From the NCBI GenBank assembly GCA_040767085.1, contig JAXGPF010000003.1, positions 416,001 to 480,000 on the forward strand: a DNA stretch of 64,000 nucleotides, given 5' to 3'. Of the stretch, positions 32,770 through 41,203 are shown in pieces. Every line of letters begins with the position of its first letter. The first letter of the stretch is position 1. The notes beneath the pieces were generated by a model. That model searched no databases. It was given only the letters and a program-made list of their open reading frames with translations, and had not been told where the DNA came from. The DNA comes from Kiritimatiellia bacterium. Lineage in GTDB: Bacteria; Verrucomicrobiota; Kiritimatiellia; JAAZAB01. Made by a program: the position numbers and the translations under genes.

Positions 32770-33954
32770 ATGCAACGCCCGCATAAATCGTCGGAAACCG
32801 TGGCCGTCATCACCGTGAAAAACATGCCGCTCTGCCGCCACATGCACCAGGGCGTGGCCGATTATGCCGCGCGCCATGCCGGCTGGCGGCTGGAATTCAT
32901 CTATCACAACAGCCCGCGCATGCGCACGCTCACTCCCGGCGTTTTTGGCGGGATCATCCTGACCAGCCTATTCCGCGATGCCATGCAACTGATCCGCGGC
33001 TGGCCGACGCCGCAGGTATGCATCAGCGGCAGCCGGAGCGGCACGCCGCCAAATTACCGCTTCCCTGTCATCCAGACCGACAATGCCGCCATCACCCGCA
33101 TGGCGGCGGAACACCTCTGGCGCCAGGGATGCCGCCGCCTGGTTTTTTATTGCATGCCGGCGGCCCTGGCGGACGGCACGGGCTGGCATGATGAACGCCG
33201 GACCGCTTTCCTGGAATGCGCGCAAAAATACGGCGCGGCGGATGGCACGGCTTTTTGCGGCCCCGCCAACATCCGCCCGCCGGACGATGCCTTCGCCATC
33301 ACGTTAAAATGGCTGCGGCGACTGCCGTTGCCGATTGGCATCATGGCCGCCAATGACGAACATGCCCGCATGTTGCTGGACGCCTGCGGCGAGCTCAAGC
33401 TGGAAGTTCCGCGCCAGGTGGCGGTGATCGGCGTGGATAACGATGAATTCATCTGCAATTTCACCGTGCCGCCGCTGTCAAGCGTCATCCAGAATGCCGA
33501 GCGCTCCGGCTTCGAAGCCGCGCGACTGCTGGACGCCCAGTTGCAGGGCCGGGCCGCGGAAAAATACATGCTGATGCCGCCCCGCGGCGTGGCCATCCGC
33601 CAGTCCACCGACCGCCTGGCCGTGAGCGATCCGGTGATGCGTAAGGCCATGGATTTCATCCGCCGGGATGCGCCGGGGCCAAACATCAGCGCCGCCGATG
33701 TTGCCGTCCGCGCGGGCATTTCGCGCGCCACGCTGAACAAGCAAGCGCGCCGCCTGACCGGGCAGACCATTCACGCCATCATCGCGGCGGAACGCCTGCG
33801 GCGCGCGCAGGCTTTATTGGAAAACACCAGCCTGCCCATGAAGCAGGTAGCGGGACAAGCCGGGTTCAGCTCCGTGCAATACATGCACAATATCTTCAAA
33901 AAGCAGACCGGCGGCAGCCCGGGCGATTGGCGGCGGCAGGCGCCGCCCCGCTGA
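32770..33954 (+). CDS. XylR-type transcriptional regulator (LacI-like sensor + AraC HTH)
   Basis: VPRQVAVIGVDNDE and PPLSSV motifs; C-terminal AraC HTH (VAGQAGFSSVQYM..FKK..G.SP); divergent from the catabolic locus. Confidence 0.9.
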   Translation: MQRPHKSSETVAVITVKNMPLCRHMHQGVADYAARHAGWRLEFIYHNSPRMRTLTPGVFGGIILTSLFRDAMQLIRGWPTPQVCISGSRSGTPPNYRFPVIQTDNAAITRMAAEHLWRQGCRRLVFYCMPAALADGTGWHDERRTAFLECAQKYGAADGTAFCGPANIRPPDDAFAITLKWLRRLPLPIGIMAANDEHARMLLDACGELKLEVPRQVAVIGVDNDEFICNFTVPPLSSVIQNAERSGFEAARLLDAQLQGRAAEKYMLMPPRGVAIRQSTDRLAVSDPVMRKAMDFIRRDAPGPNISAADVAVRAGISRATLNKQARRLTGQTIHAIIAAERLRRAQALLENTSLPMKQVAGQAGFSSVQYMHNIFKKQTGGSPGDWRRQAPPR

Positions 33955-34095
33955 TTTCAGCGCCGGCCCCCCTCCGGAAAACAACACGCCCCTCCGCGTC
34001 CGCCGGCATACGCCGCGGCCCGCGGAAGGGCGCTTAAGGAACTGAACCGTCACGACATGCGCGCAACGGCGCGCATGTCGTTGGTTAAAAGTTGC

Positions 34096-34497
34096 TTACG
34101 TCTTTTTGGGCACGGCGGTGTCGGCGTATTTGGATTCCTCGCCCACCACCACCAGATAGCCGTTGTCCACCAGCACCTGCAAGAGCGACGCCAAGGTCTC
34201 CTTGGTCATTTTCGATTCCGGGGCGACCACGACGGTGATGTACTGGCTGACTTTTTTCTGTTTCAAAATCTTGGGAATCTCGGAGACTTTGTAATTCTTG
34301 CCGTCCATCTCAAAAAGCTGGTCAACGGTCACCGTGGCGTAAATTTCCTCGGTGAACTGCAAGTCGCCGGCAGTCGCCGCCGTCGGCTTGAGCGCGGGCG
34401 CGGGTGCGGGTTTGACCGCGGATTTAGGCGTGGTCGAGCAGCCCGTCAAAAACGCAATCCCCACCGCTGCCACCGACATAATTAACAGGCGCTTCAT
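34096..34497 (-). CDS. Small lipoprotein, possible ExbD/TolR-like periplasmic domain
   Basis: Lipobox FLTGC, Pro/Ala linker, AGGAG RBS. Confidence 0.7.
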   Translation of the reverse strand: MKRLLIMSVAAVGIAFLTGCSTTPKSAVKPAPAPALKPTAATAGDLQFTEEIYATVTVDQLFEMDGKNYKVSEIPKILKQKKVSQYITVVVAPESKMTKETLASLLQVLVDNGYLVVVGEESKYADTAVPKKT

Positions 34498-34640
34498 AAC
34501 TCACTCTCCTTCTGTTGAACCCCGCCGCGTTCAGCCGCGGCAGGCACCAAGCCGCGCGGCACACGACAATTTAAACAAACTGGAGTAATGTTGATAAAAT
34601 CACCGCGATTGTCAAGCACTTTTTTCCAGGCAGTTTGGGC

Positions 34641-34669
34641 TTGCCTTATAGCGGCCGGCTTGATACTTT
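34641..34669 (+). promoter_or_regulatory. Putative sigma70 promoter of rpsB-tsf
   Basis: TTGCCT-N17-TACTTT with an extended TG. Confidence 0.5.
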
Positions 34670-34674
34670 ACTGG

Positions 34675-34853
34675 TTTTCACAAGGCGGATCGGGTCGGGC
34701 GCGGAAGCGCCGGCCCGACCGGCGGACAGATTTTTTGTCCGCCCCGCCAAATTAACAAGCCCGCAACGGCGGGCTGGAAGCGAGCGCCATCCCCGCCACC
34801 GGGACTGGCCAAAGCGGATTGTTCCCGACAGGGAACCAACCAAGGAGGTCGTT
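34675..34853 (+). promoter_or_regulatory. Structured rpsB 5' leader (candidate S2 autoregulatory RNA)
   Basis: Nested hairpins GGTCGGGC..GCCCGACC and GGCGGACA..TGTCCGCC, ahead of the AAGGAGG RBS. Confidence 0.45.
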
Positions 34854-35870
34854 GTGGCTGAAGCAGCATCCAAGCAGGAAGTCGTCAACATCGGAATCAA
34901 CGAATTGCTCGAAGCCGGCATGCACTTCGGGCATCAGAGCAAGCGCTGGAATCCGAAAATGAAGCGGTTCATCTTCGGCAAGCGCAACGGCATTTACATC
35001 ATCGATCTGACCAAGACCCTGGCCCAATTGCAACAGGCGCAGCAGTTCATTTACGAGACCGTGGCGCAAGGCCGCGGCATTTTGTTCGTGGGCACCAAGA
35101 AACAGGCCCAGGAAGCCATCAAGGAAGCGGCCACGCGCTGCGGCCAGCACTTTGTCAATAACCGCTGGCTGGGCGGCACCCTGACCAACCACCGCAACAT
35201 CCGCGTCAGCATCAAGCGCATGCAGCAGATTGAGGAGATGGAGAAAAAGGGCGCGATGGAAACCATGCCGATGAAGGAAGTCTCGCGTCTGCGCCACGAA
35301 CTGGCCCGGCACCAGCGTTTCCTCAGCGGACTGGCCAACATGAACGGCATGCCCGGCGCCATGGTGGTGATTGACGTCAACCGCGAATCCATCGCGGTCA
35401 AGGAAGCCAACCGGATGGGCATCCCGGTGGTGGCCACGGTGGACACGAATTGCGACCCGGACCCGATTGCCCATCCCATCCCCGGCAACGACGACTCCTC
35501 GCGGGCCGTGCGCCTGGTGCTGAATGTCATGGCCGACGCCATTATCCAGGCGTCCGCCGAATATGCCGCCGGCGCCGCCCAGCGCCAGGAGGACCAGGAA
35601 GCGCGCGCCAAGGAACGCGCCCTGCACAACGAGCAAACCGCGGCAGCCGACGCGGACGGCAAGTCCGATGCGACCCGGCCGCGCCCGCGCGGACGGCGCG
35701 ACGGCGACCGCGGCGGTGACCGCCGGCCGCGGCGCAGCGCCCCCGGCAGGTCTGATTCGCGGCCGGCGGAAGCCGGCGCCAAAAAAGCTCCGGCCAAGGC
35801 CGCGGCCAAGGCCGCCGCTCCGGCGCCAGCCGCCGAGGCAGCGCCCGCGCCCGCGAAATCAGCAGAGTAG
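34854..35870 (+). CDS. rpsB: 30S ribosomal protein S2 with long Ala/Arg-rich C-terminal extension
   Basis: LLEAGMHFGHQ, WNPKM, FVGTKKQAQ, RWLGGTLTN, DTNCDPD and IPGNDD motifs; GTG start after AAGGAGG. Confidence 0.97.
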   Translation: MAEAASKQEVVNIGINELLEAGMHFGHQSKRWNPKMKRFIFGKRNGIYIIDLTKTLAQLQQAQQFIYETVAQGRGILFVGTKKQAQEAIKEAATRCGQHFVNNRWLGGTLTNHRNIRVSIKRMQQIEEMEKKGAMETMPMKEVSRLRHELARHQRFLSGLANMNGMPGAMVVIDVNRESIAVKEANRMGIPVVATVDTNCDPDPIAHPIPGNDDSSRAVRLVLNVMADAIIQASAEYAAGAAQRQEDQEARAKERALHNEQTAAADADGKSDATRPRPRGRRDGDRGGDRRPRRSAPGRSDSRPAEAGAKKAPAKAAAKAAAPAPAAEAAPAPAKSAE

Positions 35871-35894
35871 TCCAGGCTTTGAACACTGAGGCGC

Positions 35895-35948
35895 TTTCAA
35901 AACTTCGGTTTTGAAGGAATTCAGAATTCAGGAGTCAGAATCCAGAAT
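35895..35948 (+). repeat. 54-bp hairpin + heptamer element, copy A
   Basis: TTTCAAAAC-TTCG-GTTTTGAA followed by GAATTCA-type heptamers; inverted copy at 38357-38410. Confidence 0.8.
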
Positions 35949-35976
35949 CAAATTTGTTAAGACAGGAAAGAGCACC

Positions 35977-36819
35977 ATGGAAATTTCAGCAGCATTGGTC
36001 AAGGAACTACGCGACGCCACCAACGTCGGCATGATGGAATGTAAACGCGCCCTCGTGGAAGCCAAGGGCGATAAGGCCGCGGCCATTAAGCTGCTGCGGG
36101 AACGCGGCATGGCCATCGCGGCTAAAAAATCCGGACGGGCGGCCAACCAGGGCGTCATCGCCTCGGCCATTATTGATGACGGCCGGACCGGCAGCCTGGT
36201 GGAAGTGAATTGCGAAACCGACTTCGTCGCCAAAAACGACGGTTTCCGGGCCTTCGTGCAGGAGTTGGCGGTGAAGGCGGCCGGAACCGACGGCCAGTTG
36301 GCGGAAACGTGCAAGACCGAGATTGTGGCTAAAATCGCGGAAATCGGGGAAAACATCCTGGCCCGCCGCAACCTGCGCTTCCAGGTTGCCGGCCCGGGCC
36401 GGGTGGCGTCTTACATCCACCATGGCAGCTCCATCGGCGTGCTGCTGGAAGCCGCGTGCGCCAAGCCGGAAACGGCCGACGCGGCCGTCATGGCGGATTT
36501 CCTGAAGGATGTCTGCATGCACATCGCCGCCTCGAGCCCGCGGTATGTTGACCGCGCCGCCGTCCCGCCGGCCGTTATCGCCGCCGAGCGCGAAATTTTC
36601 GCCAAGCAGGTGCAGGGTAAGCCCGCCAATATCATCGAAAAAATCGTGGACGGCAAGATGAACAAGTTTTACGAGCAAGTCTGCCTGCTCGAACAGCCTT
36701 TTGTGCGCGACCAGGAGCAGAAGGTGGGGCAACTGCTGCAACAGAAGAACAAGGAGGCCGGCGACACCATCGTCCTCCGCCGTTTCGCCCGCTTCCAGGT
36801 CGGCGAAGCGCTGGAATAA
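35977..36819 (+). CDS. tsf: Translation elongation factor Ts
   Basis: VKELRDAT..GMMECKRAL, EVNCETDFVA and GKPANIIEKIVDGK motifs. Confidence 0.98.
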   Translation: MEISAALVKELRDATNVGMMECKRALVEAKGDKAAAIKLLRERGMAIAAKKSGRAANQGVIASAIIDDGRTGSLVEVNCETDFVAKNDGFRAFVQELAVKAAGTDGQLAETCKTEIVAKIAEIGENILARRNLRFQVAGPGRVASYIHHGSSIGVLLEAACAKPETADAAVMADFLKDVCMHIAASSPRYVDRAAVPPAVIAAEREIFAKQVQGKPANIIEKIVDGKMNKFYEQVCLLEQPFVRDQEQKVGQLLQQKNKEAGDTIVLRRFARFQVGEALE

Positions 36820-36825
36820 TCCATC

Positions 36826-37854
36826 ATGCGCCTGCCGGAAAAACTTTGGCGGATGGCCGGGATTCTGGCGGAATACCGGCTGCGCCGGGAACGCCTGCGC
36901 AGCCTGCCTTTGCGCCTCTGGATCGAGACGGCCAGTTGCTGCAACCTGCGCTGCATCATGTGCCCCAACCGGGACATGCCGGCGGCGCGCAAGGGGTTGA
37001 TGGAAATCGGCCTGTTCCGCAAGATCATTGACGAATGCGCCGCCTTTGCCGGCGATGTTTACCTGCACCACCGCGGCGAGCCGCTGCTGAATCCGGCGCT
37101 CTACGACATGATCAAGTACGCCCGCGCCGCGGGTCTGAAAACCCGGTTCCACAGCAACGGCACGTTGTTGAACGCCGAGCGCATTGATAAACTGCTGGAG
37201 GCCGGACCGGACTTGGTGTCGTTTTCCGTGGACGGTTTCGCCAAGGAGTCCTACGAGCAAATCCGCCAGGGCGCCAACTTCGAGCAAACCGTCGCCGGCA
37301 TCGTGCAACTGGCTGAAGCACGGCGCAAGCGCGGCCTGCGCCGGCCGTACCTGGTCATCGAAAAAATACGGTTCAACAATCCGGCCTTGAACTCCGAGAC
37401 GCCGGAAACCGCCGCCATCCGCGCGCGTTTCCTGGCGGCGGGCGTGGATGAAATCATCGAAAAACAGGAATACGTCTGGGCCGAGGAATCGGCGCCGGAA
37501 TGTGCGCAGCCGCAAGCTTTGAGCGCCTGCACTTTTCCCTGGTACGCCATGGTGGTCTGCTATGACGGCACGATCACCCCCTGCCCCCAGGATTTCCAGG
37601 CCGCCCTGAACATGGGCAATGCCCGGGAAAAATCCCTGCGTGAAATCTGGAATGACGCGCCTTACCGCGATTTACGCCGGGGATTCAAGACGGATATCCA
37701 ATCGCTGAGCCTCTGCCGTAAATGCGACCGGCTGCGCCGGCCGACCGTGGCCGGGGTGCCACTGCAATACATGGTCACGTTCCTGACCGACCAACTGGTC
37801 GGCTACAGCCGCTGGCGCAAGAAACTCGGCGCGCACGAGCGCAATCGGCAATGA
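36826..37854 (+). CDS. Radical SAM protein with SPASM/twitch domain
   Basis: CNLRCIMC, GEPLL and SVDG motifs; CTFPW..DG.I.PC..CRKC. Confidence 0.9.
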   Translation: MRLPEKLWRMAGILAEYRLRRERLRSLPLRLWIETASCCNLRCIMCPNRDMPAARKGLMEIGLFRKIIDECAAFAGDVYLHHRGEPLLNPALYDMIKYARAAGLKTRFHSNGTLLNAERIDKLLEAGPDLVSFSVDGFAKESYEQIRQGANFEQTVAGIVQLAEARRKRGLRRPYLVIEKIRFNNPALNSETPETAAIRARFLAAGVDEIIEKQEYVWAEESAPECAQPQALSACTFPWYAMVVCYDGTITPCPQDFQAALNMGNAREKSLREIWNDAPYRDLRRGFKTDIQSLSLCRKCDRLRRPTVAGVPLQYMVTFLTDQLVGYSRWRKKLGAHERNRQ

Positions 37855-37884
37855 ACCGATCTTCCGGGATGAGTCTCTTTCAAA

Positions 37885-37912
37885 AGTGTTCAGTGTTCAG
37901 TGTTCAGTGTTC
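37885..37912. repeat. (AGTGTTC)4 heptamer tandem repeat
   Basis: Four exact units; a reverse-complement unit TGAACACTGA also lies at 35880. Confidence 0.9.
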
Positions 37913-38040
37913 TACGACAACGTAATATGTGATATAGAACCAATAGCATCCCATAGAAAACCGCTTTATTTTCTCACAAAGACTCAAAGCCACAAAGAAG
38001 ATGGGATTATTTATTACGGAACCAGATAAGCGATTAGCCA

Positions 38041-38071
38041 CCCGCCTTCGCTAAAGCTACGGCGGGCAAGC
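38041..38071. repeat. GTAG-type REP-like palindrome
   Basis: CCCGCC-TTCGCTAAAGCTAC-GGCGGG-CAAGC; related to the core at ~3251-3282. Confidence 0.75.
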
Positions 38072-38356
38072 GCATGTACAGGAAAGAGCATGGATGTCAT
38101 GGAGTTGCAAGGGGATGTTGAAAACTGCCGCGCTGTCCGCTATGCGGACATGGCAGTCGTAAATAATCTGATTTTGTGCATCTTGCATTTTTGTGGCTAA
38201 TCTTGCTCTGCTTTGTGTGCCCAGTGGGTACGATGCCATTGCCAAAAAACCGGAACTTAAGATTATAAGCAATCTCCAATTTCCTTAAGAATATCGTCGT
38301 TTCCAGGTGATAAATTATATCTGTGGGATGACAGTGATATAGAACCATATATGTTA

Positions 38357-38410
38357 ATTCTGAATTCTGACTCCTGAATCCGGAATTCATTCAAAACGTT
38401 AGTTTTGAAA
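38357..38410 (-). repeat. 54-bp hairpin + heptamer element, copy B (inverted)
   Basis: Reverse complement matches 35895-35948 at 47/54 positions by manual alignment. Confidence 0.8.
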
Positions 38411-38420
38411 TTGGCTCGGA

Positions 38421-39605
38421 ATGAAAATACTTTTGCTCGCTCCCCACCCCTTCTACCGGGAACGCGGCACGCCCATCGCGGTCAACCTGCTGCTGCGCGC
38501 GCTTTCGGAACAGGGGCATCAGGTGGATGTCGTGACCTACCACCTCGGGACGGATGTCGCCTACCCCGGCATCACACTCCACCGCATCGCGCGCGTGCCC
38601 GGAATCCGCGACGTCCCGCCCGGTTTTTCCATCCGCAAGCTGATTTGCGACCTGTGGCTGCTGGCCAAGGCCTGGCGGCTGGCGACGCGCGGCGGCTATC
38701 AACTCGTCCACGCCGTGGAGGAATCCGTTTTTATCGCCATGCTGCTCAAAAAGATGCGGGGCCTTCCCTATGTCTGCGACATGGATTCCTCCATGCCCGC
38801 GCAGTTGGTCGAAAAATATCCCGCACTGCGGCTGATCGCGCCCGCCATGCGCCGGCTGGAAGGCGCCGCCGTGCGCCAGGCCCTGGCGGTGGTGGCCGTC
38901 TGCGACGCCCTGGCTAAGCTGGCGGCCGGCTACCAGGCGCGGCGGGTGTTTTTACTGCGCGATGTTTCGTTGCTGGAATTCGGGGAACCGCCGGCGCCTG
39001 GCGACAACCGCGAAGCCTTGCGCCGGGAACTGGGGATATCTGGCTTTTGCTTCATGTACATCGGCAACCTGGAAAAATATCAGGGGATAGACCTGCTGCT
39101 GGAGGCGTTGGCCCGATTGGTGCGGGCGGGCGGCGCCGGCGCCACCCTGGCCATTGTGGGCGGCGCGGCGGCCGACATTGCGCGCTACCGGCGGATGGCG
39201 GCATCCCTGGGCATCGGCCCGCAAACGGTTTTCACCGGACCGCAGCCGGTGGCCCGGATGGCGGCGCTTTTTCAGGCCGCGGACGCTTTGGTTTCCCCGC
39301 GCATCCGGGGCAACAACACCCCGATGAAGATTTACTCCTACATGGCCTCGGGCCGGCCGATCCTGGCCACCGACCTGCCGACGCATACCCAGGCGCTGAC
39401 GGCCAATGCGGCGCGGCTGGCGGCGCCGGAGCCGGCGGCGCTGGCCGAAGGCATGCGGGCCCTGATGGAAAATCCCGAGGATGGGCGGCGGCTGGCCGAG
39501 CGCGCGCGGCAACTGGCGGCCGAGCGCCACAGCGCGGCGGCCTTCCGCCAGGCCGCCGCGGAAATTTACCAATGGCTGGCCGGCGCGCTGGCCAAGGAAC
39601 CATAG
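38421..39605 (+). CDS. Glycosyltransferase family 4
   Basis: YIGNLEKYQGIDLL and NTPMKIYSYMASGRPILAT motifs. Confidence 0.92.
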   Translation: MKILLLAPHPFYRERGTPIAVNLLLRALSEQGHQVDVVTYHLGTDVAYPGITLHRIARVPGIRDVPPGFSIRKLICDLWLLAKAWRLATRGGYQLVHAVEESVFIAMLLKKMRGLPYVCDMDSSMPAQLVEKYPALRLIAPAMRRLEGAAVRQALAVVAVCDALAKLAAGYQARRVFLLRDVSLLEFGEPPAPGDNREALRRELGISGFCFMYIGNLEKYQGIDLLLEALARLVRAGGAGATLAIVGGAAADIARYRRMAASLGIGPQTVFTGPQPVARMAALFQAADALVSPRIRGNNTPMKIYSYMASGRPILATDLPTHTQALTANAARLAAPEPAALAEGMRALMENPEDGRRLAERARQLAAERHSAAAFRQAAAEIYQWLAGALAKEP

Positions 39606-39635
39606 CCCGCAGCACAACTGCCGGATTGAACGTAA

Positions 39636-39669
39636 CCTGAATCCGTGATGAGGCTCTCACGGATTCAGG
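39636..39669. repeat. Palindromic REP-like hairpin / possible terminator
   Basis: CCTGAATCCGTGA-N8-TCACGGATTCAGG with a perfect 13-bp stem. Confidence 0.75.
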
Positions 39670-40384
39670 CGTAATACGCCGCGCCAGGCTCCCGCCCACA
39701 ATTTCCGCAATACCCGGCCGGTGCGGTGTTCGGGGTTCTAATCACGGATGCAAGAGAATTATCCCTTGCAATTTAATACCGGCGGTATTACATCGCCAGT
39801 ATGATATCCATTAGAAATTTTCATGAATAATGCAGGCTAAACACCAAAAAAGGCGTATAATTTTCTATAATATATTTTTCTACAATCACTTACGGCTGCT
39901 TGACCACGTGTCCCCACAGAATATCGGAGGAATGACTGCATTCGGAGTTCGGTGTCCACTATCCCTGTGCGTTTACGACGTTTTCAAACCGGCGAAATCA
40001 GGCACTTTCACGCCGGCGGCGACAAATGGCCTGAAAAATATAACGGAGTGGAATTTTACCGGGTTTGGGGACGCTTGCCGGCGTGACGTGACCAGTATTG
40101 CCGCGCATTATGCTTGCATATCCGGCGGTTCGGGAATATAAAGTGGTGTGATTATGCCATGGTGTCTGTAGTGTCTGCCGGGGATTTGGCCGTGGTGCGT
40201 CTGGCTTGATGGTAGGCAGACAATGCTGGCGGGTGTGAGGGTATCTTGTTGGATAGTGTTTTTCCGACCAACAGATGCTATCCAGTAAAAAATGGCTAAT
40301 AAATGAGATAGCTCAGGATTTTAATGTTGCTTTTCCTGGATAAACGGCCGACAAAAGTGAACATCCCTGTTGGATAATATTATG

Positions 40385-41068
40385 TTCGGCAGGATGAGAA
40401 TAATGCGATGTGACGTATGCAACACAGCAATAGCATCTGGCGCCGGAGAACGGGTAACGCCTGATGTCTTCAATTTCCTGCTAGACAACGGTTTTGGTCT
40501 TGATGAGACCAATATCAAGATGCTCACCGATGCCGGCATGCCGCGTTCTGCTGCCGAAGGGGCGCTAAGAGAGCAATACCGCCAGAGCAAGTCGGACTGG
40601 CTTCTCTGCGCCCACTGCGCAGCCAAGGCAAAGGCGGTTGTAGCCCAGAGCAGCGAGGAATGGGTCGATCCTCATTATTTGGCTGTCACCCGTACAGCCG
40701 AGGAAGTGGGGTTGGGATATGATATTGTCGGTGCACCTGTCGCATTGAGCCGTGCAGTTTGGAATGAATGCGTTGAATGGTCTGACCAAGATACGGAGCG
40801 CCAGACATATCAGGAGCAGGATGCCCGGCTTTGGGATGTCCTATTCACTGGTGGCGGCACATTACAGCTGAAGGTCAATGAGTTCCTGAAAGACCGAGTT
40901 CACCGGTATTCTGTGCAGTGCATCCCTCGCGATGGGAAGAGCACAGATGCCATCAAGATCAACTTGCTCGTAAGTCCGAGGAAGATTCGTGGGCAGATGT
41001 GGCTTGTAATAGACAAAGCCTAACCAGCAGGTCCAGGCGACGCTTGACAGCGCGCCTGACCTGGACCG
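40385..41068 (+). mobile_element. Integron-type gene cassette (ORF + attC)
   Basis: Begins at G|TTCGGC immediately before RBS/ATG and ends in a canonical attC. GTTCGGC pairs with the attC R'' GCCTAAC at 6/7 positions. Confidence 0.7.
40403..41023 (+). CDS. Cassette protein: CxxC..CxxC N-domain + DUF6573-like C-domain
   Basis: CDVC and CAHC pairs; PVALSRAVWNECVEW..QEQDARLWDVL recalls DUF6573 (from memory, unverified). Confidence 0.6.
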   Translation: MRCDVCNTAIASGAGERVTPDVFNFLLDNGFGLDETNIKMLTDAGMPRSAAEGALREQYRQSKSDWLLCAHCAAKAKAVVAQSSEEWVDPHYLAVTRTAEEVGLGYDIVGAPVALSRAVWNECVEWSDQDTERQTYQEQDARLWDVLFTGGGTLQLKVNEFLKDRVHRYSVQCIPRDGKSTDAIKINLLVSPRKIRGQMWLVIDKA

Positions 41069-41074
41069 TTCGTT
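41018..41074 (+). mobile_element. attC recombination site (57 bp)
   Basis: R'' GCCTAAC (contains the stop codon), 5 bp, L'' GGTCCAGG, central stem, L' CCTGACC (one extra base in L''), 6 bp, R' GTTCGTT. Confidence 0.8.
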
Positions 41075-41203
41075 ATGTACTCGATGGGTGGATAGGCGAT
41101 GAAGAGATTGCTGGTTGCATTTGTGGCGCTGGGTGTGGGGTTAATAGACCATACGTATCACGCTGTTTAACAAGTGGTTGTGTTATTCATCTAGGGGTAG
41201 ATC

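Noticed and set aside
39830-40141. Possible integrase remnant upstream of the cassette
   Set aside because: No tyrosine-recombinase motifs (RHxxAT, LGH) were recognised in any frame I read.
40365-40392. dif/Xer site (TTATGTT)
   Set aside because: The XerD-like half is partial and XerC-arm spacing does not fit; better explained as the cassette insertion point.
41165-41203. Second attC starting GTTTAACAAGTGGTTG
   Set aside because: No complementary L'/R' arm follows.
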